This document shows positions 11,175 through 22,728 of a stretch of DNA of 64,000 bases, one piece after another. The notes under the pieces are model-generated. The model made no database searches, was not told the origin of the DNA, and saw only the letters and a list, made by a program, of their open reading frames with translations. The first letter of the stretch is position 1. Each line of letters starts with the position of its first letter. The position numbers and the translations under genes were made by a program. Source of the DNA: Naegleria gruberi (Eukaryota); the NCBI GenBank assembly GCA_000004985.1, contig GG738848.1; one strand, 5' to 3'.

Positions 11175-12887
11175 TTATTTCTTCTCTTCTTCAATCTTAA
11201 TTTCGTCTGATTTATCTTTGGCATTATCACTGGTTGTACTTTTATCATCATCTTCCTTCTCTTCCTCAAGCTTTTTCTTTTCAAATTCCTTTCTCAAATT
11301 ATCAACTTCAACCAAATACTCTTCAACATGATTAAGACAATCTTCCTTTTCATAGATATATCTCATCAAGTAGGTTTGAACTTCAGCAGTGGTCAACTTG
11401 TGTTCAGGAATCAATTCAGAAATCTTGGCTCCCAATTCTTCATCCTTAAAGAATCTGGCAGCCATTTGTCTGATTTGATCCTTAGTAGAGTTTTCAAACT
11501 TGATTTTGAAATCAATTCTTCCAGGTCTAACAAGAGCAGGATCCAATCTATCAATGTGATTTGTAGTCATAAAGATAATTCTAGGGAATTGAGAGAATGA
11601 AGCAACACCATCGAGAGCATTCAATAATCCTGAAAAACTAACTCCTTGAACATCTGCAGAGGCCTTTCTATTTTCATTGAATGCTGCATCAATATCTTCC
11701 AATAGAACGATACCTCTTTTTGGGAGCTTTGTTAACATCTTTTGCAATTTGGAATCGTCCAAGCTCTTATCATTCAAACTAACTGAAAATAAACAACACT
11801 TCAATTTGGCAGCCATAGCCAAAACTAAACTTGATTTACCAGAACCAGGAGGACCATAACAAAGATACCCTCTCTGATAATTGAGACTATTTTCCCTGTA
11901 GAAGATTTCATTACTCATAAATCTATCCATGTCCTTAATCAAATTTTGCTTAATGTCTTCTTCCAAATAGACAGTATCAAATGAACGATAAGGTCTATCA
12001 CACAACTTTTCCCAATCTCTATAATAATCAGTGGAGAGAGTATAGACTGAAGTGACACCCTTCTCACTTTGGAAATAACATTCAATGGCTTCTTGAAGAA
12101 TATTCTTCAAAATTTCCTTTCCATTCCATGCAGAAACAGTAAGAACAAGTTTTGTAGTATCTTCCTTGTCACCATTCTTATCCTTTTCAAAACTTGGGTC
12201 GATACGTTGAATGGTAATCTTGTGACCTTTGAAATAAAAGCCATGTGAACCAGGACCTGGAACAAGTTGTAAAACTAGATCATTTTCATTGTCTTCCTCA
12301 TTGTGACGATGATTATTTGAGAGATCATTCTTGGCATGAACTGTCAGATGCTTGGCATTTTGAAAATGTTCAACAGTACCCAACCAATGCATCAAACAAA
12401 CATAAATAGTATTGAACTTGTAATTTTCCTTTTCCTTCACTTCAACAGAATAATTGAAAATATCTCTAATGTAATAATAGATTTCTTCAAGTTTGTTCAC
12501 AACATAGGTCCAAACTTTACCAAACACAACCAATGCAATACCGGCAGTGAAAATATTATTACTCGTCATGAAAGAAAACATGAAGGAAATGAAAAATTGA
12601 AACAAGGCAGATTGGACCACAAAACTTGGAAAACAAACCAAAACCAAAGATTCCAATCCCTTGTGAATATATTGATCAGTCATGGTAGAATTCCATATCA
12701 TTGAACCATTATTTCCGGTGCCACCAAAAGGAGAGGAAGCATTAAAAGAAGAACCAAAAAACATTGATCCCGTAAAGAATTGACTCAAGAATGAATTTGA
12801 TTCAAAGAAACCACCACCCTGCGTTAAAGTAGTCAAGGGATTATGCTCAGAGGAGAGCAATGTACTGAGAGGAGAATCAGTGGCCAT
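11175..12887 (-). CDS. BCS1: BCS1-like mitochondrial AAA+ ATPase chaperone
   Basis: Single exon. The Walker A motif is GPPGSGKSS and the Walker B motif is VLLEDIDAAF. The motifs SFSGLLNALDGV and MTTNHIDRLDPALVRPGRID, plus the N-terminal membrane anchor, are typical of BCS1. Confidence 0.92.
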   Translation of the reverse strand: MATDSPLSTLLSSEHNPLTTLTQGGGFFESNSFLSQFFTGSMFFGSSFNASSPFGGTGNNGSMIWNSTMTDQYIHKGLESLVLVCFPSFVVQSALFQFFISFMFSFMTSNNIFTAGIALVVFGKVWTYVVNKLEEIYYYIRDIFNYSVEVKEKENYKFNTIYVCLMHWLGTVEHFQNAKHLTVHAKNDLSNNHRHNEEDNENDLVLQLVPGPGSHGFYFKGHKITIQRIDPSFEKDKNGDKEDTTKLVLTVSAWNGKEILKNILQEAIECYFQSEKGVTSVYTLSTDYYRDWEKLCDRPYRSFDTVYLEEDIKQNLIKDMDRFMSNEIFYRENSLNYQRGYLCYGPPGSGKSSLVLAMAAKLKCCLFSVSLNDKSLDDSKLQKMLTKLPKRGIVLLEDIDAAFNENRKASADVQGVSFSGLLNALDGVASFSQFPRIIFMTTNHIDRLDPALVRPGRIDFKIKFENSTKDQIRQMAARFFKDEELGAKISELIPEHKLTTAEVQTYLMRYIYEKEDCLNHVEEYLVEVDNLRKEFEKKKLEEEKEDDDKSTTSDNAKDKSDEIKIEEEKK

Positions 12888-13061
12888 TTTTTTTTGAAGA
12901 ATGTTGGTGAATTTTCTAATTTCGAGCTTTTTGAATCTTTTTACAGCGGCAGATTTGTGAAGTTGAGTTATTTTTAAACTTTATGAAGATGTTTCATTGA
13001 AGTGGAAGGTTCGCTTACTACAGTATTGAAATCCTTAGAGCGGATCAAATGAATTTTTTGT

Positions 13062-13096
13062 GGGTTACTTTGTTTTTGGGGTTACTTTGTTTTTTT
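13062..13096. repeat. Tandem duplication of GGGTTACTTTGTTTTT (2 copies) in an intergenic promoter region
   Basis: Read directly from the sequence: tgGGTTACTTTGTTTTTgGGGTTACTTTGTTTTTTT. It lies between the divergent BCS1-like and F-box genes. Confidence 0.8.
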
Positions 13097-13170
13097 GATG
13101 ACAATTAATTGATGATTAATTGTAAAAGTTGAATTCCTTCATTTTCGAGATTGAAAAAACATGAAAAAAA

Positions 13171-14082
13171 ATGTCTTTTTGCTACCTTGATGTGTTACCT
13201 CCAGAAATCATTACACTAATTCTCCAGCACTTGTCCTTCTCGGAATTGGCTGCACTTTTGAAACGTGAACCGCAATTTTACCAATTAATTTCTGCTAGTG
13301 ATTTGATGTATGCATTTACATGTACATTCACTCATATTTATTCGAATCAAAAAGAAATGGAAAATGCGCCAAGTTGGATTGCATCAAGAGTGTGGAAAAA
13401 AAGAATACCCCTACCAAAAGAACATATTCACCAATTGACCAAATTTCAAAAATTATTAGCAACAACTAGAAATGATTCCTCCAAATACGAAAAGCATTTG
13501 AAACAATTTCACTATCATCGAATTAAATTATTAATGAGTGCTTGGAAGTACAATCTGAAAACAGATATCAGGTTTTTTAGGCAGAGTGGAATTGAAAATT
13601 ATTTACAATATTTTGAAAATCATCTCACTTGGTTTATGGATTACGATATTCAAGCAAATACACGAGAGCTGAGTTATCTGTTGGTTGAATTACCGATTGA
13701 GCTTTGTGGGTCGATTTTTTGGACATTGAAACATCCTAATTATTATACTATTTTGGAACCTTCAAATTTGGAAAGATTTTGTAAAGTATTGCCCAAGTAT
13801 TTTTACATATTACTCAAATTGGGTCATCCAAGATTTTGTCATAGATTTCCCTCATGGAAACATTCATCACGGCTATCCATATTGATCGAACAAAATTCTG
13901 ATGTGATAGTGAGAGTTCCAAATGGAGTTTGTTTACTTTACTTTATTTCCATGTTTGAGAGAGTTAACCCAAGACAAATTCTATCAAAATTGAGTAGTTC
14001 ACCATCGGTTATTAAGAACGGTGCTCTTTTACAGGAAATGTTGGAAGAATTTGAATTTCCCCTCAAGTACTGGTGGGATTAG
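13171..14082 (+). CDS. F-box domain protein
   Basis: The N-terminal sequence LDVLPPEIITLILQHLSFSELAAL fits the F-box consensus. The ATG is preceded by an A-run. Confidence 0.75.
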   Translation: MSFCYLDVLPPEIITLILQHLSFSELAALLKREPQFYQLISASDLMYAFTCTFTHIYSNQKEMENAPSWIASRVWKKRIPLPKEHIHQLTKFQKLLATTRNDSSKYEKHLKQFHYHRIKLLMSAWKYNLKTDIRFFRQSGIENYLQYFENHLTWFMDYDIQANTRELSYLLVELPIELCGSIFWTLKHPNYYTILEPSNLERFCKVLPKYFYILLKLGHPRFCHRFPSWKHSSRLSILIEQNSDVIVRVPNGVCLLYFISMFERVNPRQILSKLSSSPSVIKNGALLQEMLEEFEFPLKYWWD

Positions 14083-14235
14083 TCTATTCATTAATAGAAC
14101 TATTCCATCAGAAAATGTCATATTAAGGAGTTCTCTTCGATAGTGCTTTATTTAGGTGGAAAGCTATCCGTGGCAACCCTAATAAAGATTCAAGCATGGA
14201 ACCATATGGTGTTTGCATTATTTACAAATTTATTA

Positions 14236-14748
14236 TTAACAACATTGTCCATCAGTTTCTTCTGGAAGTGCCTGTTGCTGAGCTGCACATGGAAGATTCT
14301 CAAAGAAATTAAGAACCGTAGTATTTGGTAGATTGAAGTCTGTTTCCTTATTGGTATAGTAATCCGATTCTCTTACAACGGAGAGTAACTCAGTAATGTA
14401 CTTGATTTTTGAAATTGATTCTTGTTCATCAACCTCTTCGTGTCCTTCATGGTTATCAGTGAAATAAACTACATAATCTCTTGTACAACTGCGTGGAGCA
14501 TCTATCCAATCTTGTTCTTCTTCATTGTAAGGTTGGACATGGAACTGTGGTTGTGTGGCAAAGTACTCTTCCAAATAAGTACTTGGTGAGTAGTAGTTAA
14601 GACTACTGCTGTATTCTTCCTTATTATTGGTATAGTTCAATTGCTCCAACTCATCTACATACAGAACGAGTTTGGTTCTTTTGGCAGATTCGTTGCATTC
14701 ATCTTCGAATGGTACTTGTCTGCTTCTCTTGTGCAAGTTATTCATCAT
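14236..14748 (-). CDS. Hypothetical acidic protein
   Basis: The ORF 14236..14766 starts at GTG, and the first ATG is at 14748 (MMNNLHKRSR...). No domain recognised. Confidence 0.45.
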   Translation of the reverse strand: MMNNLHKRSRQVPFEDECNESAKRTKLVLYVDELEQLNYTNNKEEYSSSLNYYSPSTYLEEYFATQPQFHVQPYNEEEQDWIDAPRSCTRDYVVYFTDNHEGHEEVDEQESISKIKYITELLSVVRESDYYTNKETDFNLPNTTVLNFFENLPCAAQQQALPEETDGQCC

Positions 14749-15155
14749 TTTCTTCTTTGTAATCACTTTGATTCTTCTTTTGAAATCACTTTTAGGCTTT
14801 TTTTTTGAGTAAGTTAATTGAGGGATGTCTGCTGAGCTCTGAGGATACCTTGTAAGAAATCTGACCTAATACCACCATTTGCCTTGCCCTGGATCGAATA
14901 GCCTCAGGCATCAGAAACCTCCTTACAATAGAGGTCTGTTTGAATATTTGGTTCTAAGGGTTTACAATGTGCTTTACCTTAATCGACAAGAATCGAACAC
15001 GCCACTGGTACCTCTTCCCCCATACCTTGACCTCCGCCGTGTAAGTGTTGAAAGCTGGTAAGATATTGCTCTTAATATGAGATTTAAACTAAGCACTTCT
15101 TCCAGTAGCATTCATTTGGCAGATGTTTGTAAAAGAAAATTATAATCAATAAAAA

Positions 15156-16049
15156 ATGTCATCATTGCAACTTCCGAGAGAAATATTTCATGAAATCTTA
15201 TTGTTTCTTCCTCCGATCAGTATGAAAGAGCTAATAATGGTTTCTAATAGAGATTTTCATAATTTGATAAATGATGTAACATTTCACAAATTATATTTAA
15301 TTAATTTATTCAAAATTCCTAACAACAAGCTTTCTTTATCAAATATATTAGAAAATTTAGATATTCCATTTGATTTAAACTATTCTAAAGTATTTAAATT
15401 ATTGTTAGAATGCACTTTCCAATACAAGGATCATATCTTTGATTCTTCCGAATTAATTTTTACAAATTTCAACAAAATCCCAAAAGAAAATATTGAATTT
15501 ACAAAAAGAGTTCAACTTCCATACATGAAAGAAAATCTAATTCTTTGTTATGGAATGAGAATTCCCTTCAAATGTTGTGGAATTAATAATTCGAAACTAA
15601 TCTTTATCAAATCATTGAAAGAATCCAAATTTGAGAAATTTGGATTAGAAACTTTCATATGCGAAATGGAGATGATTCTCTTTTTGGAAAATGGATTCCC
15701 ACTCGAATTATCAATCTATTGCCAAGATCATCGATATCATGGCAGGTGGATTGTTAAAATTTATGGCCAGGATTTTATTGACCTGAAACGGTCTGAAGGT
15801 TTTTGGGATTTTGAAATAGTTCAGGAAGAAATGATGAAGCTCATGGAGAGCATTTTGTTTAGAGATTTGAAATTCGAATTGCAAGAGTGCGAGAAAGAGT
15901 TGGTTGTTGGATGGAAACGGACAAATATGCAAAAATTGAAATTGACGATAATGGTTAATTGGTTTTATATTGCTACCTTTTCATTCTTGGACATGGATGA
16001 ACCATCAGACAAATTTTACATTATCCATGCACAGCCTGGCCAGGAATAG
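15156..16049 (+). CDS. F-box domain protein
   Basis: The N-terminal sequence LPREIFHEILLFLPPISMKELIMVS fits the F-box consensus. Confidence 0.7.
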   Translation: MSSLQLPREIFHEILLFLPPISMKELIMVSNRDFHNLINDVTFHKLYLINLFKIPNNKLSLSNILENLDIPFDLNYSKVFKLLLECTFQYKDHIFDSSELIFTNFNKIPKENIEFTKRVQLPYMKENLILCYGMRIPFKCCGINNSKLIFIKSLKESKFEKFGLETFICEMEMILFLENGFPLELSIYCQDHRYHGRWIVKIYGQDFIDLKRSEGFWDFEIVQEEMMKLMESILFRDLKFELQECEKELVVGWKRTNMQKLKLTIMVNWFYIATFSFLDMDEPSDKFYIIHAQPGQE

Positions 16050-16134
16050 GAAATCAGTGAGATAAACCTCATTAGGTTCACAGATTAAGAAAAGTATTTA
16101 AGGCCCAATATTAAGGAGTGATTATCAATGTGCA

Positions 16135-16207
16135 GCTGGCGTAGCTCAGTCGGTAGAGCGTTGGTCTAATAAGCCATTGGTCGCCGGTTCGATCCCGTCC
16201 GTCAGCA
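16135..16207 (+). tRNA. tRNA-Ile (anticodon AAT)
   Basis: Hand-folded cloverleaf. Acceptor stem gctggcg/cgtcagc, D arm gctc-agtcggta-gagc, anticodon loop ctAATaa, T loop ggttcgatcc. A T-run follows at 16212. Confidence 0.9.
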
Positions 16208-16736
16208 ACTGTTTTATAACAGACAACCGTTTCAATTTCTTTTTGTTTTCAAAGATAAGGTGATTTGGAGCGAAAGAAATATTGGATTTGAAAGTTGGGA
16301 CTCTTTTCTAATAAACCTTTCATCTTTCAACTCGAATGATCTTGGTACAAATATCAAACACCCCATATTGAACTAAGTTCAAAAAGAGCTCTATTCCTTG
16401 AATATTGTTTCAACTCATACACCATCAACAAATCTCTTCATTTTCATCTCTGGTATCTTTCCAAGTCAGGTGTCAAATTACTAATAATTGAAATCAATCA
16501 GCTTCACAACTTTTCAAACTTGTTAATTGTCTTTTTTCAGGTTTTTTAAAAACCAAATAGAGACGTTGAACAGTTTTATTGGTGGTGAAAAGTTGATGAA
16601 TCACAACACAAATGTCTTGTTTTTAATATTTTCCTTTTTTGTAACTGACACATTTTGAGAAGGAGTCTTGATGGCTAACCAATCGTTTCGTTGATGTTGT
16701 GGTTAATTGAACAAGATAAACAACATAAAAAAAAGG

Positions 16737-18410
16737 ATGAACCATCCTGACAGCTGTCAAAAGTTCTCGTTTGAGTGGGTAATGGAAAATAATGAATGTT
16801 TGCAAGTGTTTTTGCAATATTTACAAGCCCATCAAAATGCTGAACAATTAGAATGTTTAATCGAAATGAAAGAACTTAAACAGGATATGGATTTGATATT
16901 AAATAGTGTTTCGAATAACAATTCGGAAGAGTTGTGTGTTTCGAATAGTAATACAGTAAGACAAGAATTGCAACGAATGTTGGGCGACTTTCCCTTGACT
17001 GATAAGAAAAAGAAGAGAAGAAGTTTATTCTCTGACTCATCGTCGAATATCAACACAACAGAAAACAGTGTGAAAACAATTTTTAGAAAATTGCTGGAAT
17101 TTTCCACAAGTTTCTTACATGTAAATTCGAAACGAGAACTAAACTTGCCACAAACCTTGAGAAACAAACTGTCGTTACAAATCCAAACTTTTTGGAACCT
17201 ATATTCTAAAAAGTTTGGATTTGATGAACATTTACCTTGTGTAAACAATAATTCGAATAGAAATTCAAGTAATAGTTTCCAACCACCTGTTTCTGCTACT
17301 TCTAATCCTCCTTCTAACTCTTCTAATACCATCTCTAGCCCATCCAATAACAACAATAGACGTTCTGTCAATAGCAATACATTCAATGCTTCAAATGTCA
17401 TTGATATTGAAGTGACAGATTTTTATGATTTCATTACAGACAAGTCACTTTTAAATTCACCAAAACAATTTACTGAACCCCCAGGTGGTTTATCTCCTGT
17501 TAGTTCTCTTTCTGATACTTCATTTTCATTTGATGGAAACTCAATACTCGAAGATTTTCTCATGTGCATTTCAAGAGTTGAAGAAGTTTTGAAGGAATTG
17601 GACACTTTCATTCGATTACAAGTTAAAACAGAGAGTTTTAGAGATTTCTGTAAATCTGAGCAGTTATATACATTCATTCAAAAGTTGAATCCTTCGACAG
17701 AGTTTATGAGAGAATTGAAAAGAAATTACAGACAATCGATGAGGGTTAGGTCAATTGCTAATCTGAAAGATATTGGAGATTCGAATGAGCAAAATTTGTC
17801 AATCATGTTGCTGAATGATAAGCTTCTCAAATGGAGTATGAATGATGTGTTAAATTGGATAGGAGAACATGGATTGGAGGAAATGGAATATTTCATTACA
17901 CAGAACAAAATTGATGGTTCAAAACTTTCACATCTGGAACAATATATCAATGATAGCGTGTATCCCTCTTTTGAAGTTAGGAAAAAATTCGAATATGAAG
18001 TTGATGAGCTGTTGACCTCGTTTGGATTTGAACCTCTTCCAAATACTGATTTTCCAGATATTAATTCAAGAAAGGGTAAATCACCACCAATCTCTAAGAA
18101 TGTAGTTGATATTTCTAATGAGACATTTGTTTTAAATTGTCAAATTTCTCAATCGAGTGAAATCAAAAAGATTAAACTGAAATCCAAACAGCTAGTCAAT
18201 TACTATTCACTTAAGAAAATACTCAAAGATACATTTGGAATTACCAGTGATTTGGAAATTGTACTAGTCAACCAATCCAAAACTTGTCCAATTTCTCCAT
18301 CCAATATTCTAACATCATTCAAGAAAGATATCATGAATCAAATCAAACATCCAAATCATAATTCACACATTACTGAAATTTTCGAAAAAAAGCTGATAAT
18401 AAACATTTAA
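16737..18410 (+). CDS. RGS-domain and SAM-domain signalling protein
   Basis: The ORF starts at TTG 16707, and the first ATG is at 16737. There is an N-terminal RGS-like segment (FSFEWVMENNECLQVFLQYLQAHQNAEQLECLIEMKELK) and a second RGS-like stretch (ESFRDFCKSEQLYTF). A SAM-like segment follows (WSMNDVLNWIGEHGLEEMEYFITQNKIDGSKLSHL). Confidence 0.65.
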   Translation: MNHPDSCQKFSFEWVMENNECLQVFLQYLQAHQNAEQLECLIEMKELKQDMDLILNSVSNNNSEELCVSNSNTVRQELQRMLGDFPLTDKKKKRRSLFSDSSSNINTTENSVKTIFRKLLEFSTSFLHVNSKRELNLPQTLRNKLSLQIQTFWNLYSKKFGFDEHLPCVNNNSNRNSSNSFQPPVSATSNPPSNSSNTISSPSNNNNRRSVNSNTFNASNVIDIEVTDFYDFITDKSLLNSPKQFTEPPGGLSPVSSLSDTSFSFDGNSILEDFLMCISRVEEVLKELDTFIRLQVKTESFRDFCKSEQLYTFIQKLNPSTEFMRELKRNYRQSMRVRSIANLKDIGDSNEQNLSIMLLNDKLLKWSMNDVLNWIGEHGLEEMEYFITQNKIDGSKLSHLEQYINDSVYPSFEVRKKFEYEVDELLTSFGFEPLPNTDFPDINSRKGKSPPISKNVVDISNETFVLNCQISQSSEIKKIKLKSKQLVNYYSLKKILKDTFGITSDLEIVLVNQSKTCPISPSNILTSFKKDIMNQIKHPNHNSHITEIFEKKLIINI

Positions 18411-18554
18411 CTATCATCTTCATCATTTAAATTATTAAACTGTTATGTATCACTCCCACATTCGAATAAAAATTATTTTCTATTAATTTCTACTATTTTC
18501 AATTGAATCGGAACAACAATTATGCAAACTAATATACATTTTAAACTTACTAAT

Positions 18555-19043
18555 TTATTCCTTTAACAATTTTTGAATATCATCTTCCAAATCCTTTGGA
18601 TTAGTTGTTGGAGAATATCTCTTCAAAACTTTACCACTCTTTGAAACGAGGAATTTAGTAAAATTCCATTTAACAGCATCAACAAGGAAACCAGAACCTT
18701 CCTTCTTCAAATAAGCATAGAGTGGAATGGTACCTGATCCATTAACTTCAACCTTATCGAAAATCTTGAAAGTTGTCTTGAATTTAGATCTGGCAAATGT
18801 ACAAATTTCTTCATTGGTTCCTGGTTCTTGACTTCCGAATTGATTGCAAGGGAAAGCCAAAACTTCAAATCCTTGCTCCTTATACTTGTTGTACACTTCT
18901 TGTAAATCATCATATTGTTTAGTAAATCCACACTTGGAAGCAACATTAACAATTAGTAAAACCTTTCCTTTATATTCGGAGAGGGAAACTTCATTCAAAT
19001 CAGCATCTTTAACAGAGAATGAATAAATATCAGTGGTAGTCAT
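18555..19043 (-). CDS. Glutathione peroxidase (Cys-type)
   Basis: The motifs [22 protein letters not shown] and WNFTKFLV are the three GPx signature blocks. The catalytic residue is Cys, not a TGA-encoded selenocysteine. Confidence 0.93.
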   Translation of the reverse strand: MTTTDIYSFSVKDADLNEVSLSEYKGKVLLIVNVASKCGFTKQYDDLQEVYNKYKEQGFEVLAFPCNQFGSQEPGTNEEICTFARSKFKTTFKIFDKVEVNGSGTIPLYAYLKKEGSGFLVDAVKWNFTKFLVSKSGKVLKRYSPTTNPKDLEDDIQKLLKE

Positions 19044-19417
19044 TTCTTTATATTATATTGTTTTATTAAAATAAACAATGTATTGGTTGTGTTGGTTAGT
19101 TTTTTTTGTTGATTGAAAACAACTTGTGTGCTCGGACAGTTTTTATTTGATGAAAGAATCGCATTGTTAGGGCAAGCTTGAACACCGAAGAACGTCCATA
19201 GTCCTTCCACCCCAGAGATTTTCAAAGCACGAACGATGGCTTTGGAATGTTTCCAGTGGGTCCTCACACTCTATTGTCCATCAATGTTATTAATATCGAA
19301 GTGGAATATTAGAGGAGGAAATTTGGTAACGGAAGAAACAGATTTGTTTAATAAATAAATTAGTTTAATGGAAATGTTGTTGTTTTGATGTGTGTTTAGT
19401 TAAGAATGCTTAAATGC

Positions 19418-22400
19418 TTAACAAACAGTCATGTTTAGACAACTCTTAGATGGTGTTGTTAGAATGTTTTCGTCTTGTTGTTGTTGTTGTTGTTGCTCAA
19501 CAGCAGTCTTTCTCTTCTTTGACAATTGAGAAAGTGAACTAGTTCTTTGCATGGCTAATTTGGTTTCAGCCATTCTCTTTTGTTCAATGTCCTTCTTGGC
19601 CTTCTTGTATTGGGTGGTAAAATCCTTAATGTATGCAAAGAATTCATCTTCTTCCTCCTTAGATGATTTTGAACATGCAAAGTGGAAATATTCACAACAT
19701 TCCTTATAGGAATTCTTGAGAGATTCATAGGCTTCAACTACACTTGGAAGTGTTGGTGCACATCTAGAGTAGAAGGTATTCAATCTGGTTTCGTATAATT
19801 CTCTTTCATTCTTAGCTCCAACTTGGTGAAGATATTCAATACGATCTTGAATTTGTTTAAATTCCTTGAACAAGATATCAATACTATCAACGGTAATAGA
19901 AACACCGAATGTACAAACACCTGCACTTTCCAATTCCTTTTCAAAGCACAAAGTGTCAATACTATCCTTTTCCAATACTCCAACAAGGTAATGCATAAGA
20001 GTCATTTCCTTATTGGTTGATTTGGTATCACCAAGTTTTGGCAAGATTGAAATGTGGAAACCATTGGCTGCTTCAAGTTGCTTCTTACCTCTGTTCATAT
20101 AGTTACCAACAGTCAAGACATATTTGAGAACTTTGGCAAATGATTCAGAGGTACGAACAATACGAATAGCTTCTTGCTTTCTCTTAATCTTGAGAGTGAG
20201 ATTATCAAGAGTGCTTTCAAAGGTGTGCATGTAACCAATAACATTGACCTTTGCTTCAATGTTCTTAACGGAGAGGAGTGAAAGTAAGAATTCTTCAGTT
20301 CTCAACAACTTTTCCTTTGCCTCGAGCTCCTTCTTCTTACTTGCCAATTCATTAGCAATATTAACCAAACGCTTCAAATTGTCAACATGTTGAATAGAGA
20401 GGACACTGGTATCCAAAATGTTGATAAATTCAGTAATTTGATCATTGCTAAATGTCTTGAAGAGACTATTAAGAATAATCTCAACATTTCTATTGGTTCC
20501 CATATCGAGAATACCTTGATTGGTTGGAGTGGCAGGAACTGAAGACTTTGGTTTCATTGGAGTCTTGGCAGTAGCATCTTCTCTTGAGAACATCTTTTGG
20601 AATTCTCCCAAGTCAAGAATATTTTCATCAATGCTTGAATTATTCCAAACACTATTATTACTCACAACCTTAATTGGTTGCCAGTGAAGCTTTTTGATAT
20701 TGTTATCTTCAACCTTCTTGATAATGAGTGGTTTCTTGAGAGTTGGAATACCTCCCATCATCATTGGTGGAGGTGGTGGAACATTAAGATTGACTGGTTG
20801 CAATGGTGGTGGTGGAGGAACAACACTCAAAGTTGGAGGTGGAGGAACGCTTCCCATCATTGGTGGAGGTGGAATGGTAGAAGGCTTATATGGCTTAATT
20901 GGAGAGAGGCAAGAGGTAAGGACTGGATCATTCATATCAAGAAGAACACATTCGTTTTCCTTGTTTGGATTGTGTTTAGCAGAAGGAGGAGTAAAGTGAA
21001 GCAAGTTTTGTTCTCTCATTGGAGTGAGATTATTCTTCTTCGAACTGCTTCTACGAGCTGAACGTGGAGAGGACATGAGTCTCAACTTGGAACTACTGTC
21101 AGGAGTTAACAATCCTTGATATCTCTTATTGAGTTTAGCAGGTGTTCTACCAACATGCAATTCACTAAAGATGTTTGTTAATTGATCAATTTGTTCCATT
21201 TCAGAGAATATTCTCTTGTTTGGTGATTTTGATTCAATCTTCTTTAACATGGTATCCTTATTTTGAGTGAATACTTCCATTTCTGAAATCAAGTTCTTCA
21301 TATTTCTTCTGTGGGATTGATTTGTAATGTGAGCCAACCTAATGGCCACCTTATTACCCTTCAAGTAATATGGACAACTCTTAACAGTGGAATCCAATTC
21401 TGTTCTATATGTGTTAACCTTAAGTTCTGCAGAACTGTCAATTTCCTTCTTTACAAATGAAAATTTGAGTTGAATCTTGATATTGTCAACAATTTCATTA
21501 TTGGTGTGAGCCCAATCCAATCTATTCTTTTCAATACATAAAATATTGCCATTGTCTTGAGTTTGTAAAAAGACAGTATTGTATGTATATCTGAAAAGTT
21601 GTTGAATAGTACCCAATTCATCCATTTGATAACCAAAGAGAATAAAATCACCAATGAGTTTACATGCTTGCTTTGGAATTGGGAAATGATTATTACCAAC
21701 AGGTTCAACCTTCCTATCACCAACTCCAGCAAGTGAAGTGATTGATTCAGGTTGGGTACCATAAGTTGAATAGACAATTTGATTATTCTGTTTGACAACA
21801 AAGTAAATACCAGATGCTGTATCATTAAAATTCAAAAGATCTTCCTGTTGTGGACGTTGCTTTCTATTAGCATCCTTCTTGAAAACATCCAAAGTTGAAA
21901 GAACAATAGAATCGAGGGACATTAATTGAATTTCAGGAAGTGGCACTCTTGTCAAATAGTTAAAGTATTTGCAATAACGAACAACACTAGGTTCAAAAGT
22001 AGCAATCAAATCAATTTGTTGCTTGGTATAAAGTGATCCCAACACCTTTCCAATTGGTTTCTCTGTAATATACTTTTTCAATTCATAGTAAGCTTCAAGA
22101 GTGGTTCGATAATTTCTCTTGGATCTAAATTCGTTATCTTCAATATAGGAGAGGAAGGAAGCAATTAACAACAAGGCAAAACAAGTGTATTGTGCATTGG
22201 CAACAATTACAATAACACCCTGATTAGTAGTCTTGTTGGTAATGAAATTATACATGGTCTTACACATTTCAAAGAGGTGAGTAATTCTCTCAAAGTGAGA
22301 GATGGAGGCTAGTGTTGTAATTTCAGTGATGGAAGTGTTCAAATCGGATGATGATGAAGTATTCAAACTTGTATTGATTCCACTCTGATTGGAAACAAAT

Positions 22401-22728
22401 TGTCTGGTAAAGTTTATCACCATCACATCACCATACTTGTCTTTCAGCAATTGTTCCATATTATCTGAATTTTCATCGTCTTCCTTGTGGATGACTATTA
22501 AAACATCATCATCATGATAAAGATTAATTATTGTTGGTGTTATTAAAATTGTTGATGATGAATGTTAGGAATATTAGCATTAGAATTAAACATACACTTG
22601 AGGAAAGAACAAATGGAACACTCGTATAGATTAAACTTGTATTTGGTGGTAAAGCCTTCCACCATGTTCATAATCGAGCTTCCGCTGATTTTAACATTAG
22701 GCTTGAGCCACGTTTTAAAATTCATCAT
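19418..22728 (-). CDS. Formin (FH1-FH2) with N-terminal PTEN-like phosphatase/C2 region lacking the catalytic Cys motif
   Basis: Exons 22596..22728 and 19418..22494. The intron 22495..22595 is 101 nt (GTATGT...TAG), with phase 1 preserved. The FH1 region has poly-Pro runs (IPPPPMMGSVPPPPTLSVVPPPPPLQ). The FH2 region includes GNYMNRG and ANGFHISILPKLGDTKS. At the N-terminus, VIVIVANAQYTCFALLLIASFLSY occupies the place of the PTEN HCxxGxxR loop. Confidence 0.9.

Noticed and set aside
20678-21061. Plus-strand ORFs 20678..21061 and 20694..20999 encoding Trp/Arg-rich and Gly-rich peptides
   Set aside because: They lie antisense to the proline-rich FH1 region of the formin. The CCA/CCT codon runs read as TGG/GGT on the other strand. 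They are a compositional artefact.
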